Part shown: one piece after another, positions 52,518 through 63,565 of the stretch | How positions within the stretch are numbered: the stretch's first letter is position 1 | Layout: each line of letters begins with the position of its first letter | From: Ptychomitrium polyphyllum | Lineage: Eukaryota | Assembly (NCBI GenBank): GCA_973851085.1 | Contig: OZ316775.1 | Location: 6,634,001-6,698,000 of the forward strand | Reading direction: 5' to 3' | Length of the DNA stretch: 64,000 nucleotides | Notes under the pieces: model-generated | Seen by the model: the letters and a program-made list of their open reading frames with translations, nothing else | The model's database searches: none | What the model was told of the DNA's origin: nothing | Position numbers and translations under genes: made by a program

Positions 52518-53396
52518 CTATTGAGTCGTAAAAATCCCAAACCTTATCCCGGCCATGCAACCGAAGCCAACGAAAGCTGAAACCACGCAGTGCCGCCAGG
52601 GAGCATTTTCTAAGGAAGAAGTGAACATCCAGCCGAAGGTCAACACCGACATCATACCGCCGGCGAGTTCTAGAAACTTGAATACAGCCATCGCCGAGGG
52701 AAGGGCGAAGGAGCCGAGGTTGTACCCCAATGGATACGCCGCGCTTGAAACCGCCACCGCCAGGAGCGTCCTCCACCTGCATTTGGTGCCGAAGTACATG
52801 GGAACCGCAACAGCTGCACCTAGGGTTACAAACTGCGGTGCCAGGAAGATGAAGATGCCGGGAAACTGGAGCATCCATCTCCCCGAGTTCGCCAGAGAGA
52901 AGAACCAAACCCCGTAGGCCACATTGCGCAACCCTATCACGACAGCCGCGAGTATGCCACCGATGAGAGCGCGCTCGCGGACCGTCGGAGAATCAAATTC
53001 CAGTCTCCGAAGCTCGTGAAATTCGCGGTCCGTCAGGTTGGCGTCGTCGGCGTGGACCTTGTTGGGTCCCGTCGGGGTGTTGCTTGTCAATGGCGCGACG
53101 AACATCAAGGTCACCCCGGCTCCCAGTGCAAACGGCCACGATGAGAAAACGTTTCCCTCTGTGTCCAGTGTGTCGGCGATCAAAGCTATGGAGATTGCCG
53201 CTGCCAGGAAGCTCTTGAGGATACCGCAAAGCCACGGCGTCGGGGAGGGTTTAAAGATATAAATCACTAAGATGGCACCGATGAGCGAGCACGGAGTAGC
53301 GAAGTAAGCGATTCCCTGCGCCACCCGCACCGACGACAGAGGCCGCGTGTGCTCCACAATCCCCGCCATCAAATGCCGCCTACTTTGCATTGCCAT
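52518..53396 (-). CDS. Divergent ZIP-family (ZTP29/ZIP11/GufA-like) membrane protein, intronless CDS, 292 aa
   Basis: Hydrophobic ORF with ZTP29-like segments SLIGAILV, GILKSFLAA, GILAAVVIGL, GAAVAVPMYFGTKCRWR, PLG, AGGMMSVLTF and VVSAFVGFGCM. A probable 5'UTR intron spans 53717-53399 (GTAAGT..TGTGTAG) and ends 2 nt before the ATG. Confidence 0.72.
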   Translation of the reverse strand: MAMQSRRHLMAGIVEHTRPLSSVRVAQGIAYFATPCSLIGAILVIYIFKPSPTPWLCGILKSFLAAAISIALIADTLDTEGNVFSSWPFALGAGVTLMFVAPLTSNTPTGPNKVHADDANLTDREFHELRRLEFDSPTVRERALIGGILAAVVIGLRNVAYGVWFFSLANSGRWMLQFPGIFIFLAPQFVTLGAAVAVPMYFGTKCRWRTLLAVAVSSAAYPLGYNLGSFALPSAMAVFKFLELAGGMMSVLTFGWMFTSSLENAPWRHCVVSAFVGFGCMAGIRFGIFTTQ

Positions 53397-56300
53397 TGCT
53401 ACACAGAAACCAAAAACCAATGCTGTAAACCGCAACAATTAACTTAGGTGGCTACGTTACTACTATCCCTCCCACAATGTACTCATTCAAACCTACATAC
53501 ATTGGATAACCAAAAACCAAACGCCGCGATCAGTCGACGACAAAAACTCCAACACCCAAAACCTCCCCTCCAGTATCATCGTCAACCCCCAACACCAAAC
53601 ATCACTCCTCTCCTCTCCGACTAGCATTATCTAACAAAGGTCATGCCGTCTCAAAACAAACCAAGATACAATCAAAGAGAACACCAACTCACTCCAGTCC
53701 GAGATTCGCCAACTTACTTGAGAGATCGATTATCCTAAAACCCTAAACCCCAGCGGACTTAACAAGACGCCGATCCTCTGTTCTCATGCGCCCACCCACG
53801 GTCCAGAACAAGCTGTACACCCGCAACGATCTGCGTTTCAGAGCCCCGTGCCCGCACTAGTTACTCCCAGTACATCACTGCATTGTCCGCCAATCAGCGC
53901 CGAAATGCAGATCTACCCTCGCCTCAACCTGGCTGCTACCGCGAGGAGCTGCTTCCGATGTCAATTGCCTTGAGGACGACGTGGCGATCCGCCCAATGTA
54001 GGGCCTCGACAGCCAGTGCACTACTGTTATTGCTGCTGTAGTTGTGTATGCCTTCCCTCCCTCCCCTCCCCTCCTTTCCTTTCCTTCCCTTCCCTTCCCT
54101 TCTGTTCCGTTCCGTGCCCTTCCCAGCCCTGAGCACGCTGTGAGGTTGTCCGTAGTCTGTTACCTCGTGGGCTGGTGGAGTATGCAAGGGATGATGTGAT
54201 CGACACACCGTGCAGGAAGTTCGGCGGATTAGTAGGCGCCGAAGGAGTCGACGTTTCGACGGCGTCCTGGAAATATCCTCACACGTGCATGGCCACATTC
54301 CGGTCACCGGGGCGAACGGGGGAAATCCTTGTGGCCTGCGGGGAGGGGGCCCACCACTGGGTCATCGTGGCATGGCATGGCATGCCATGGATCCCACATT
54401 GTGAGCATTCGGTGGGTTCCTTTTGTGATCGGACTTGAGGGTGCATTCATTACCATGTGTTGCCCCGATCAATGATTTCCGTTTCTGTGATCCTTTCTTT
54501 TCCACTGTAGTGGCAGCTTTGGAGCCTTTGTCTGCTTTTGGTTTTATGTTAGCGCCTCGTACATTCGTTTCGCTTTGCCAAGGGTTTGTTAAGGAACGAG
54601 ACTATACCATGTGGCACCTTTGTTTCAGAAGGTTTTCTTCCCATAAACATTGGTTCTAGTAAGTTGGAATGGTTAGAATTCTCCATGTCACTTTCTTTTA
54701 GTAACCATAATTACATTGTATGAAAAACATATATGACCATGTTTATTTGTTCACTCTTTTTTCTATAATTTACAAGAAAATACAATACATGTCATGAAAG
54801 TTTGAAAAACATGATAAACTTACATGTGCCAATCCTGAAATATGAAGCTTTACTAAATCAAAAATAAATACTTTAAAAATCAAAATTTAGTGCTCATTTA
54901 TTTTACTATAGTTATTATATATATCGTACACATATTAATACTTGATAATAGCACATGGTGGATTGTTGCAATGCACATACATGATTGATTTGTTATGTAC
55001 ACCAAAATTTGTAGATTTTGTTCTTTTTGTGCATTCTTGAATATTTTTCTAATCAACTTGATTTGTGTATGATATAAAAAAATTAAGGTGATAATTTTTA
55101 AAATTTTAAATGCTCAAATTTACGCTTTTTATAATTTTGATGATTAATACTTAAAAAATAAATTCTTCCTTCAGTATGTGTTTAATTTCAAAAAAATTGT
55201 TAAAATAGTTAATAATATCAACTTACTTATTGTTTTAACATCTTAAATCAATTTATAATATTTTGAAAGTTGGAAGGACATTTGAATACAAATTTTTTTG
55301 ATTTTGAACACCCTTTGCAATTTGACCATTTTTTATACTACAAGGTCATTTGTAGAAAGATTGATTTTTTTTAAATTTTTTTTTAATTGGTGCCCATGTA
55401 TCTTTAAGATGATTTTGAAAAACCTTCAAATTGAAGGTTGTATCATTAGACTGAATCACTAGTAATAAAAATTCAATTTTAACTTATTACCACTTTATAA
55501 TATTATAACATGTATAATTAGCCATATTTAAAACTTCAAATCTTGTTCAGATTATTCAAATTAAAAAAAATTTAAAAATCATTGCCTAAAAGAGCTTGTT
55601 TTCAAAAAGGTTTTCAAATAAAAGTTTTTATTGAAGTTCTTTATAATAGAGATGCCAAATGTAATTTAGATAAGCCTTTTGAATATTCTAATCAAAAGTT
55701 TTAGATTTATTATTGATGTAGAATTAGCACAATATATAATAATTTTAGAATCCAAAGAAGATTCAACTTTCAAATTTAAAATAAAATTATATTTTTTTCT
55801 TGTTAATTTTGATGCCAATTTTTAGAGAAGCTGTATTTTGAATATTCATGTTTATGATACATATGACAAGTTTTAATGACCAAAAGCTAGAATATGGCAA
55901 TTTCTTTGGTACAAAGTTGAAAGATATATGTAATTATGCAGACTTTAAATAAATATAAGAATATTGTGATTAAAATAAAAAATATGAAAAAAATAAATAT
56001 ATCAATGGAAGTGTAGATTAAATGCTTATATAAATTAATTAATTTAGTAATTTAAATTTATTTAGATTATTAATAAATAGATTAAAATATTAATGCAATG
56101 TAAATATTATTATTTCATTTACACAAGAATGTAAAAAAAAAAAAATTAATTTGATTTTTGATTTTTGTATATGAATTATATTTCTTTTTTAGAACTTTAA
56201 TTAGTATCTTTGAAGGGAATGTTTTGGCTTATAGCTTGTAAAATATTAAACTTATATCCTATTTTAATAACATCAATCATTTGAAACAAGGAATATAGAG

Positions 56301-59046
56301 AAATATCAAAGTTTGATAATACTTAATTAATACATAATGTGAGAAGTGCACATAAAAATATCTTATTTTGAACAAACAAATATAAATCTTGCATACAAAG
56401 TAGCAATTATTTATTGCTTTAAGAGCAATTTTTTCATAAAAAGATGATTATTTTATATTTAATCCTAAATTAGGCTCTTCTTTGCATGAGTACTTGCAAC
56501 CTTATGTTCAAATTATTTTTCCATTAAAAAAAATTGCTAAAAAGTGAATAATAAATACTTAAGGATAAAGCTTAATTTCCAAAAACTTTTTAGCAAGCTA
56601 TTTGTCTTTCATTTTTTAACAACTTTTTTCTTACAATCAACTTCTTATTATTTACTTTTTGACATCTATTTTAAGCTTTATACTCATCTTTTAGTATACC
56701 AATATTTGGGTTTAAAACTTCATTGAAGTATACAATCTTTTAAAAGTGTTTTGCATTAAAGAACCTTCAATATGCTAATTGATCTATTTTTTTTTAATGA
56801 TTAATATGCACTAATATCAAATCGTGGATAATAAAAACAATCATTACAAGAAATTGCAATGCATGATGGAATGACAAACATAACAAATGAGTGAAAAAAA
56901 TCCTAGAAATAAGGTTTATTTCAAATGCATAAAGATGCAAATAATATTCATATTAATAAAATATTTTAAATTAACCAAATCAAGTATTTATTTGACTTTG
57001 TAAATTATGTTTAATGGTATTTATAATATGTTATCTTATTTCAAATCTTAACTTTTTTGAAACATATTCCAAAAATATGACTTAAATGTATTACAATATT
57101 ATTATTTAGATTTTAATTTAAAACATTCCAATTTGAAATGTATAAAGGTATGTTTAGAAGGAATTTCTACATTATAGAAGAAACTAAGGAAATCTTATAG
57201 TTCAAAGAAAGTGTCAAGAACAAATTAACTTTTTCTATTTTCAATGAATTAAATTAAAAAGACCATCATGAAAATCAAAAAATTTAATTAAAAAATATTT
57301 CTTAATTAAAAAAATATGATGCAAACTAGAAATGTAAAGTTGTACTAAATATAATTTGAATTTGTAAAATTCCGTTAAAAATAAATTATATTTTCTCTTT
57401 TATTCTTTATCTTATTGAAATGTATAGAAAGCATAGTTAATTCATGATTTTTTTTCTTAAATAATTACTTTTTTTCAATGTCTTTTTTCTTAGAAAGATG
57501 TAGTAGGAGGAATTTTTGATTTTTCAAAGACATTAATAATCAATACAAGCTATAGATTGATTGGAGTTTAATTTTGAATAATACATTGTATTTTCTTAAC
57601 AATTCAACTTAAAATGATTATTTCAATTAAAAACCTTTCCATATTTTATGGTAGCTATTGAATAAAGACTTTAAAAAAAAATTACATGAACCAAAATAAA
57701 TCAATAAAAAGGTGTTATAGTAAAAAATGCTCGAACCAATGGAAGGTATATTAGTAGTTTATTTTACATAATGTCCCTTCAATAATATTCTTTTTAATTT
57801 TCTCCAATGATATCATGATAATGATAATAAAGTGCAATAAAAAAGTTTAGAAGTAATAGGTTACTCAACAATACAAAATTTGATAATAATAACCAATTTA
57901 GTCAATTGTGAAGGTTATAGCATGGTAGTGAATAATATATAGAAATTCAATTTATAGCCATTTTGTTTCTACATATTCAATCCTTTTCATCTTTTCAAAC
58001 TTTTATATTCATTTGTTTGATTTCTTATGATTTCTAAATTAATTTTAATATAATATAATATTTATTTTCCACTATATTTCTAATGCATGTCTTGTGGATA
58101 TAACTACATGGTAGTGAACAAATAAAACACTTCGTTCACACTGAGCCCTCAAGAGTCAAGACGACCTGGAGTTTTTTGCTTTCTTTAACATTAACTATAA
58201 AGAAACCACATACAAAAGGCGACATAGCACAAAAGCTACACTATCCATAGGTAAACTAGATTTCAGATCGTAGAGTTTACGAAAAACGTACATATTAATA
58301 AACTCTGCCACAGTAACGCTTTTAGGCGCGCCTTTCAAATTCAACAGAATAACCCCTCCTTCCCGCCCCGCTTCCTTTCCGACTCTCGCTGATCTCTTTC
58401 CATCTCGGTAGCAAGTCTCCATGGTTATCTTTTTCTGACCTACACATTAGAAACCAAAGCAATGAGCACAGATCAGAGTTTGGTTCTCCTGACTTGCGTA
58501 ACGTGAAACGGGTTCCTTCAGGCTTTCAACAATCTTCCACAACGATCAAAACAATGTCACAGTGACAGCAGTCGATCGCGAAGAACTAAAGGCCACTACG
58601 GTGATAGGCCCCCCCTCGTCAGTACAAGAAACGGCAACTGATAACCGGGAAGCACCGAAAAACCAGAAAGCCGACACTACCCCAAAAGCGACATCACCAG
58701 CAAACCGTAGACTTGAAGCTCCAAAAAAGAGGTAGAACATAGATAGGATGAGTTTGGGATACCGTAACGGTTTAGGGTGGACGTGGCGCAGAGAGAGAAG
58801 AAGAGCGCATCGTCTCCGCGTCGCTTGTTGTGCAGCACTGGTTCTCGTTCTCCATTTTGCTTCCCTTCTTTGGAGGAGAGTAACCAACTTCTGTCCGCCG
58901 TTAATTCGGACCAGATTGCCGGCTCCCCCGACCTGATATTGGTGCTCACCGCTTTTAGTTTCGTTCTGTCTTGTGGGGTATTGAGGGAGCTCATCGGTGT
59001 TGTGGTGAGGTTGCGTGCAACCCCAGGGGAGAGACCGCTAGAGTTG

Positions 59047-60602
59047 ATGCAGGGCGGGGCATCGTCCAGCGGGGGGGCAGTGTCGCTGGGCCAGCAGGTC
59101 AGACAGATGGGGGCGCCCATGGGAGGGAGCCAGGGGATTGGGACGCCGCCGACAGGAGGAGGGGGGAGTGGAGGTGGGGGGAGTGCGAGTGCGAAGCGGG
59201 GGCGGGGGCGGCCCATGGGGGCCAACAATGCGGGTGGAAATGCTTCTGCGTTTAAGGCAGCGGACGTGACGCCCGCGGCGCGGCGGAAGAAGCAGAAGGT
59301 GGTGGACAAGCAGATTCCTGATAAGGTCGCGGCGTTGCTGCCCGAGTCCGCTATCTACACCCAGCTCGTGGAGTTCGAGGCGCGAGTGGATGCGGCGTTG
59401 GCCAGGAAGAAGCTGGACATTCAGGAGGTGGTGCGATCGCCGCCGCCTGTCGAGCGCATTCTGAGGATGTATGTTTTCAACACCTATGCTAACCAGACCC
59501 AAAACCCTAATGCTCCATATCAGCAGCATTATGGGGATGCGCCGTCGTGGACGTTGAGAGTAATGGGGCGTGTTCTGGAGCCTGATGAGCCGGAGCCCGA
59601 CGGGAATAGCGCCAAGCCGCCTAACCCCTCGGTGCCGAAGTTTTCGTCGTTTTTTAAGAGGATTACTATTCAATTGGACCCGCTACATTATCCTGAGAAC
59701 AACACGATTGTGTGGGATAGCGCCAGAGCTTCGAATCATGTGGAGGGATTTGAGATTAAGAGGCGGGGGAATGTCGAGTGTGATGTGAGCATAAGGTTGG
59801 AAATGGACCATAGCCCGGAGAGGTTTAAGTTGTCAGCTCCATTGGCTCAACTTCTTGGCGTTGAGGTGGACACGCGCCCGCACATAATTGCGGCCGTGTG
59901 GCAATATATCAAGACCAAGAAACTTCAAAATCCGGCAGACCCGACGATGGTGAATTGTGACGCTGCGTTGCAGAAAGTTTTAGGTGACGAGAGAGTAAAA
60001 TTTGCATCAATATCTTCAAGGTTACACCAGCATTTGAGTCCGCCACAACCCATCCATCTCCAGCACAGAATTAGACTGTCAGGGAATACGCCAGCAGGTA
60101 ATGCATGCTACGACGTGAGCGTTAACATACCTGCGCCTCTGCTGAAAGAAATGAGTCAGTTCCTGACTAACATTGAGAAGCATCGAGATATTGACCTCTA
60201 TGATGACATGATAGCAAACACTATTCGGAAAATCAATGAACATCGTCGGCGGCGTGCTTACTTCCTGGGCTTCAGTCATTCTCCGGTGAACTTCATCAAT
60301 GGCCTGATTGCCTCGCAAAGCCGGGACCTTAAAATGGTCATTGGGCAGAACAGTCGGAACTCAGAGAAGGAGCGGAGATCTGATTTCTACAATCAGCCAT
60401 GGTATGTACTGTTGAACCCTGAGGACACTGAGGTCTGTAATCGATCCTGCATTTTCATGATACGTTAATTCCAGCATGTGGTGCTTTACAGCTGGCCTGG
60501 ATTGATTGTGAAGTGTGGGAGTGTAGGGTGGAAGATGCAGTAATTCGTTATTTGAATCGACGTCCGGCGAAAACCTCTGATGGCCCAGGGAATAATCCTT
60601 AA
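59047..60602 (+). CDS. SWP73: SWI/SNF complex subunit SWP73/BAF60 (SNF12 homolog, SWIB domain), 2 exons
   Basis: Exons 59047-60401 and 60527-60602. Motifs TPAARRKKQK, PESAIYTQLVEFEARVDAALARKK, LRMYVFNT, KFSSFFKRITI, EGFEIKRRG, the SWIB segment IIAAVWQYIKTKKLQNP, IASQSRDLK and FYNQPW|VEDAVIRYLNR. Confidence 0.95.
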
Positions 60603-62435
60603 GCAATTTCTTACTCCGTATTCTTTATGACCTCCTGTTGTAAACAAGTGTGATCAGGTATTCTCATCACTTTGTTTCTAGTTTACTAGTGTCCGAACTG
60701 ATATCCCCGCTCTAGCCCTTTTCCAACAATGAGAATGATGTTACTCTTTTTTTGGTTTGTGAGGGCATTATTGGATTACGTTTTTGTACTAGTTATCACT
60801 TATTTACATATAGATGACTGACAACAAGAAAGAGCTTGTAAATTTCCTATTAGATTTGGTTCTGCGGATTCCTTCATCTACCTTTCTATTCGTTTGGTGT
60901 ACTCGGCTTGAGACAGGGTGATGAGTGAGAATTGAAGCTCTGAAATTTCAGAGCAGATTTTGAAACGTCTGTGAATCAAAAATTCTGACGATTGGTCTGA
61001 ATGTGTTGCAGTTGTACCTGTACCGGTTTGATCAACAGATAAAGAAAGAAATGGATGGTGAACGTTTACAACATTTATGTACAAATCATTAGTCAGGATA
61101 CGTTCTCAACGGACGTGATGCACGGCATTGTAGGAAATTCTTTACCATTTCACTTCTGGACACAAGATAGTGCATTGTTATTCCTTCATTATGCAGTCGG
61201 ACGGACCACTCTTCTTGCGTTATTTTGCCGGTCATGTTGGAATGGCCTTTGTAGGACCTCAAGTTACTACTAAATACCATTGACAATATTTATGTATAGT
61301 TGTTAAATGCCATGTTAGCAAAAGTAGATTAGACATCTTGTTGAAGCAATTTTATCAGCTCTAAGCATCTATTGAAAGGGTGCAGTGACCTTGATTGAGG
61401 TTCCAAAACCAGTTGCTGGTGTAGAGGTAGTATCTAAGGATCGCACGTACTGGCACAAGCATATGCTGGAGTGAATTTGAGAAAGGGATGCAGCTAGAAC
61501 TAAGGGAATACAGTGAAGCTACACTGTAGTTTTGCTACTTCTGGCTCTGACTGGATTCACATTCATACTGTTTTTACAACTTGCTGAATGCACTATCTAC
61601 TGAATCAGGTGTTATGGGAGTTCAGATTGATGTATTTAAAGATGATTCCATTTGATCATTCAATCCCTTTATACCACGTGAACAGGCCCTGACGAAGAAA
61701 AATAAAGACCCTGACATTAAACACCTTCCCCTGTCACCGACACGGGAGAGGAGAATAGCAGCAATATGATTGGTAGAAATTGAGTTCTAAAAAGGCTTAC
61801 ACCTTGTCCAGTCTAAATGCCGCGTAAACGGCAGCATTTATTTTCGGGAAGTCTTTTTCTGTAGTCTATAGACCTTTACAGGGATGGTGATTGAAGAGTT
61901 TATCCACATTTAACATTATTTTGATGTCTTCTCATCCTCCGTGGATCGTCCTACCAAAATTACAAATGTCAGGCTGAAATTTTCGGCCTACGCCCCTCCG
62001 GAGCTCCTGAAGAGAAGGTGTAAAGGGTCCATCATAGTTCCCATATAGCGCACAGAATGACTTGAGAGCAGATATTTGTGCAACCAGTAAAAATATACTG
62101 AATGCAACTGCAGTAGGGTAGACAGAGTCCAACTCGTCTAAAAATGACTGGAGAGCAAGAAGAGTACGAAACAGTAATGACAATCTAAAAATCTGTATAC
62201 TGTATATCACCATTAACAGGATTATTGGGATCGTCTTATCCGATCCAGATTCTGAATGATAAGTGCTAAAGCACTACACAACTCCTGCCAAAATACTTGA
62301 GCCTGGGACCACTAAGCTTGTGAAACTATTGAATGAACTCATCCTACTCCAGTTACCAAAACACTGTACACGGTCATAGTGAGTCTGGATTGGCCTGTGA
62401 ACTGGGAGCAAGCCCATCAGAAACCCTTGCAAAAT

Positions 62436-62500
62436 TCAGTGAACCTTCTTTCGTTCCTCTGGTTTATCTGAAGCCAACTTGTAAATCCAGTACGCCTGCG

Positions 62501-62536
<36 letters not shown>

Positions 62537-63517
62537 GAGCACATTGATTGATCAAGCTTCTACACAGCGTACACCAATGCTGTGTAATCCTTAACAAAAA
62601 AAATCCTCTATAGACTAGGTTTGAAGCCAGAATCGTAGATTTGGAGGAATATTACATTTCCTGAGAATCTGCAATTCAACAAGTTTGGTAGGAGCTAAAT
62701 TGCTAACCTAACGCAGGATTTGAGCTGCATTCAAGGAAAAATAGGGTTTTATGTCAGCCCAGAAGGGGGACAAAAAGTTGTGATCCAAGTTTCTAGGTGA
62801 TAATCTTAAATAACTATCCTAGCAACCTGGACGGGAGCACTACAAAACTAAGACGTAATCAGTAGCGGTATCCTATATCTACCAAACACTTTAATCAGCA
62901 AGAGCTACATAATACCCAAAACGCAACAGTCTTAACTGATAAGATTTTTCAATCAGGGTGTCTAGCGCTATTTTCGTGTGACCTGTGTGAGCTTCGCTAA
63001 AGACAGCAGATCATCCAAGATGCAACCGCCCCAAACTCATATAGAGAAGCAAAACTGCAATACGATGCTGAGTCAAAAGTATTCCCCAGAGACACACTAT
63101 CAAAAGCCTACTCCAGACAAAAGAAGCCGCAGCAGCAGCAACAACAACAAACGAACGGCAGTGGAGCCTAAACCCTAAACCTTTCCGACACTCCGAAACC
63201 ACGCAGCATCACGCAACCCAACTCACATTAAGTAAAAAGAAAAACGATCCAATTCCCCTCATACCTACCAATCAAGAAGCCCCCAATCCCCTCAATCGGA
63301 ATCCAAACGACAGATCCCGACTGCAAGAACACCCAAGCACAAAGCATGGTATTCATTCCCATGAGCAGCCCAGGAGTGAGATGCTCGATTGCAAGAGGAG
63401 AACCTACCAGGGAGAACCTACCAGGGCGAAGAGATGCGCGACGACGAGAGCCGACACCACGAGCGGAATCCACGAGAGCGACCCGCCAGTAGCAGTCCCC
63501 GCATGTGTACCCGGCAT
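62436..63517 (-). CDS. 51-aa single-pass membrane microprotein, 2 exons (not in ORF track)
   Basis: Exon 1 (63517-63422) encodes MPGTHAGTATGGSLSWIPLVVSALVVAHLFAL. The intron runs GTAGGT..AACGCAG (63421-62496). Exon 2 (62495-62436) encodes AYWIYKLASDKPEERKKVH*. The phase-0 join gives one continuous TM segment and a charged tail. TATAAAAG lies on the minus strand at 63558-63565. Confidence 0.75.
62503..62530. repeat. (AC)n microsatellite next to the microprotein 3' splice site
   Basis: About 14 AC units, ending a few nt from the acceptor AG on the minus strand. Confidence 0.95.
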
Positions 63518-63557
63518 CACACCTCCGTGCTGCGCCATCGCCAATCTCCTTCGAACT

Positions 63558-63565
63558 CTTTTATA
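63558..63565 (-). promoter_or_regulatory. Candidate TATA box of the microprotein gene
   Basis: TATAAAAG on the minus strand, about 40 nt upstream of the ATG at 63517. Confidence 0.45.

Noticed and set aside
53735..54401. AAACCCTAAA motifs plus an ATCCCACATTG USE-like motif as a telomerase RNA or snRNA gene
   Set aside because: The USE-like motif has no properly spaced TATA and lies on the wrong side; the AAACCCTA motifs (also at about 528, 28550 and 63170) fit ordinary promoter/UTR telo-boxes.
58777..59046. 90-codon in-frame N-terminal extension of SWP73 from a GTG
   Set aside because: Non-ATG start, UTR-like composition and no family similarity; the ATG at 59047 is preferred.
60918..60987. 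C/D box snoRNA (GTGATGA..CTGA) downstream of SWP73
   Set aside because: No terminal stem and no rRNA-complementary guide that I could recognise; it lies in a probable 3' UTR.
61985..62121. Partial resemblance to a miR390 target site and to miR534
   Set aside because: Too many mismatches, no paired second site and no precursor hairpin.
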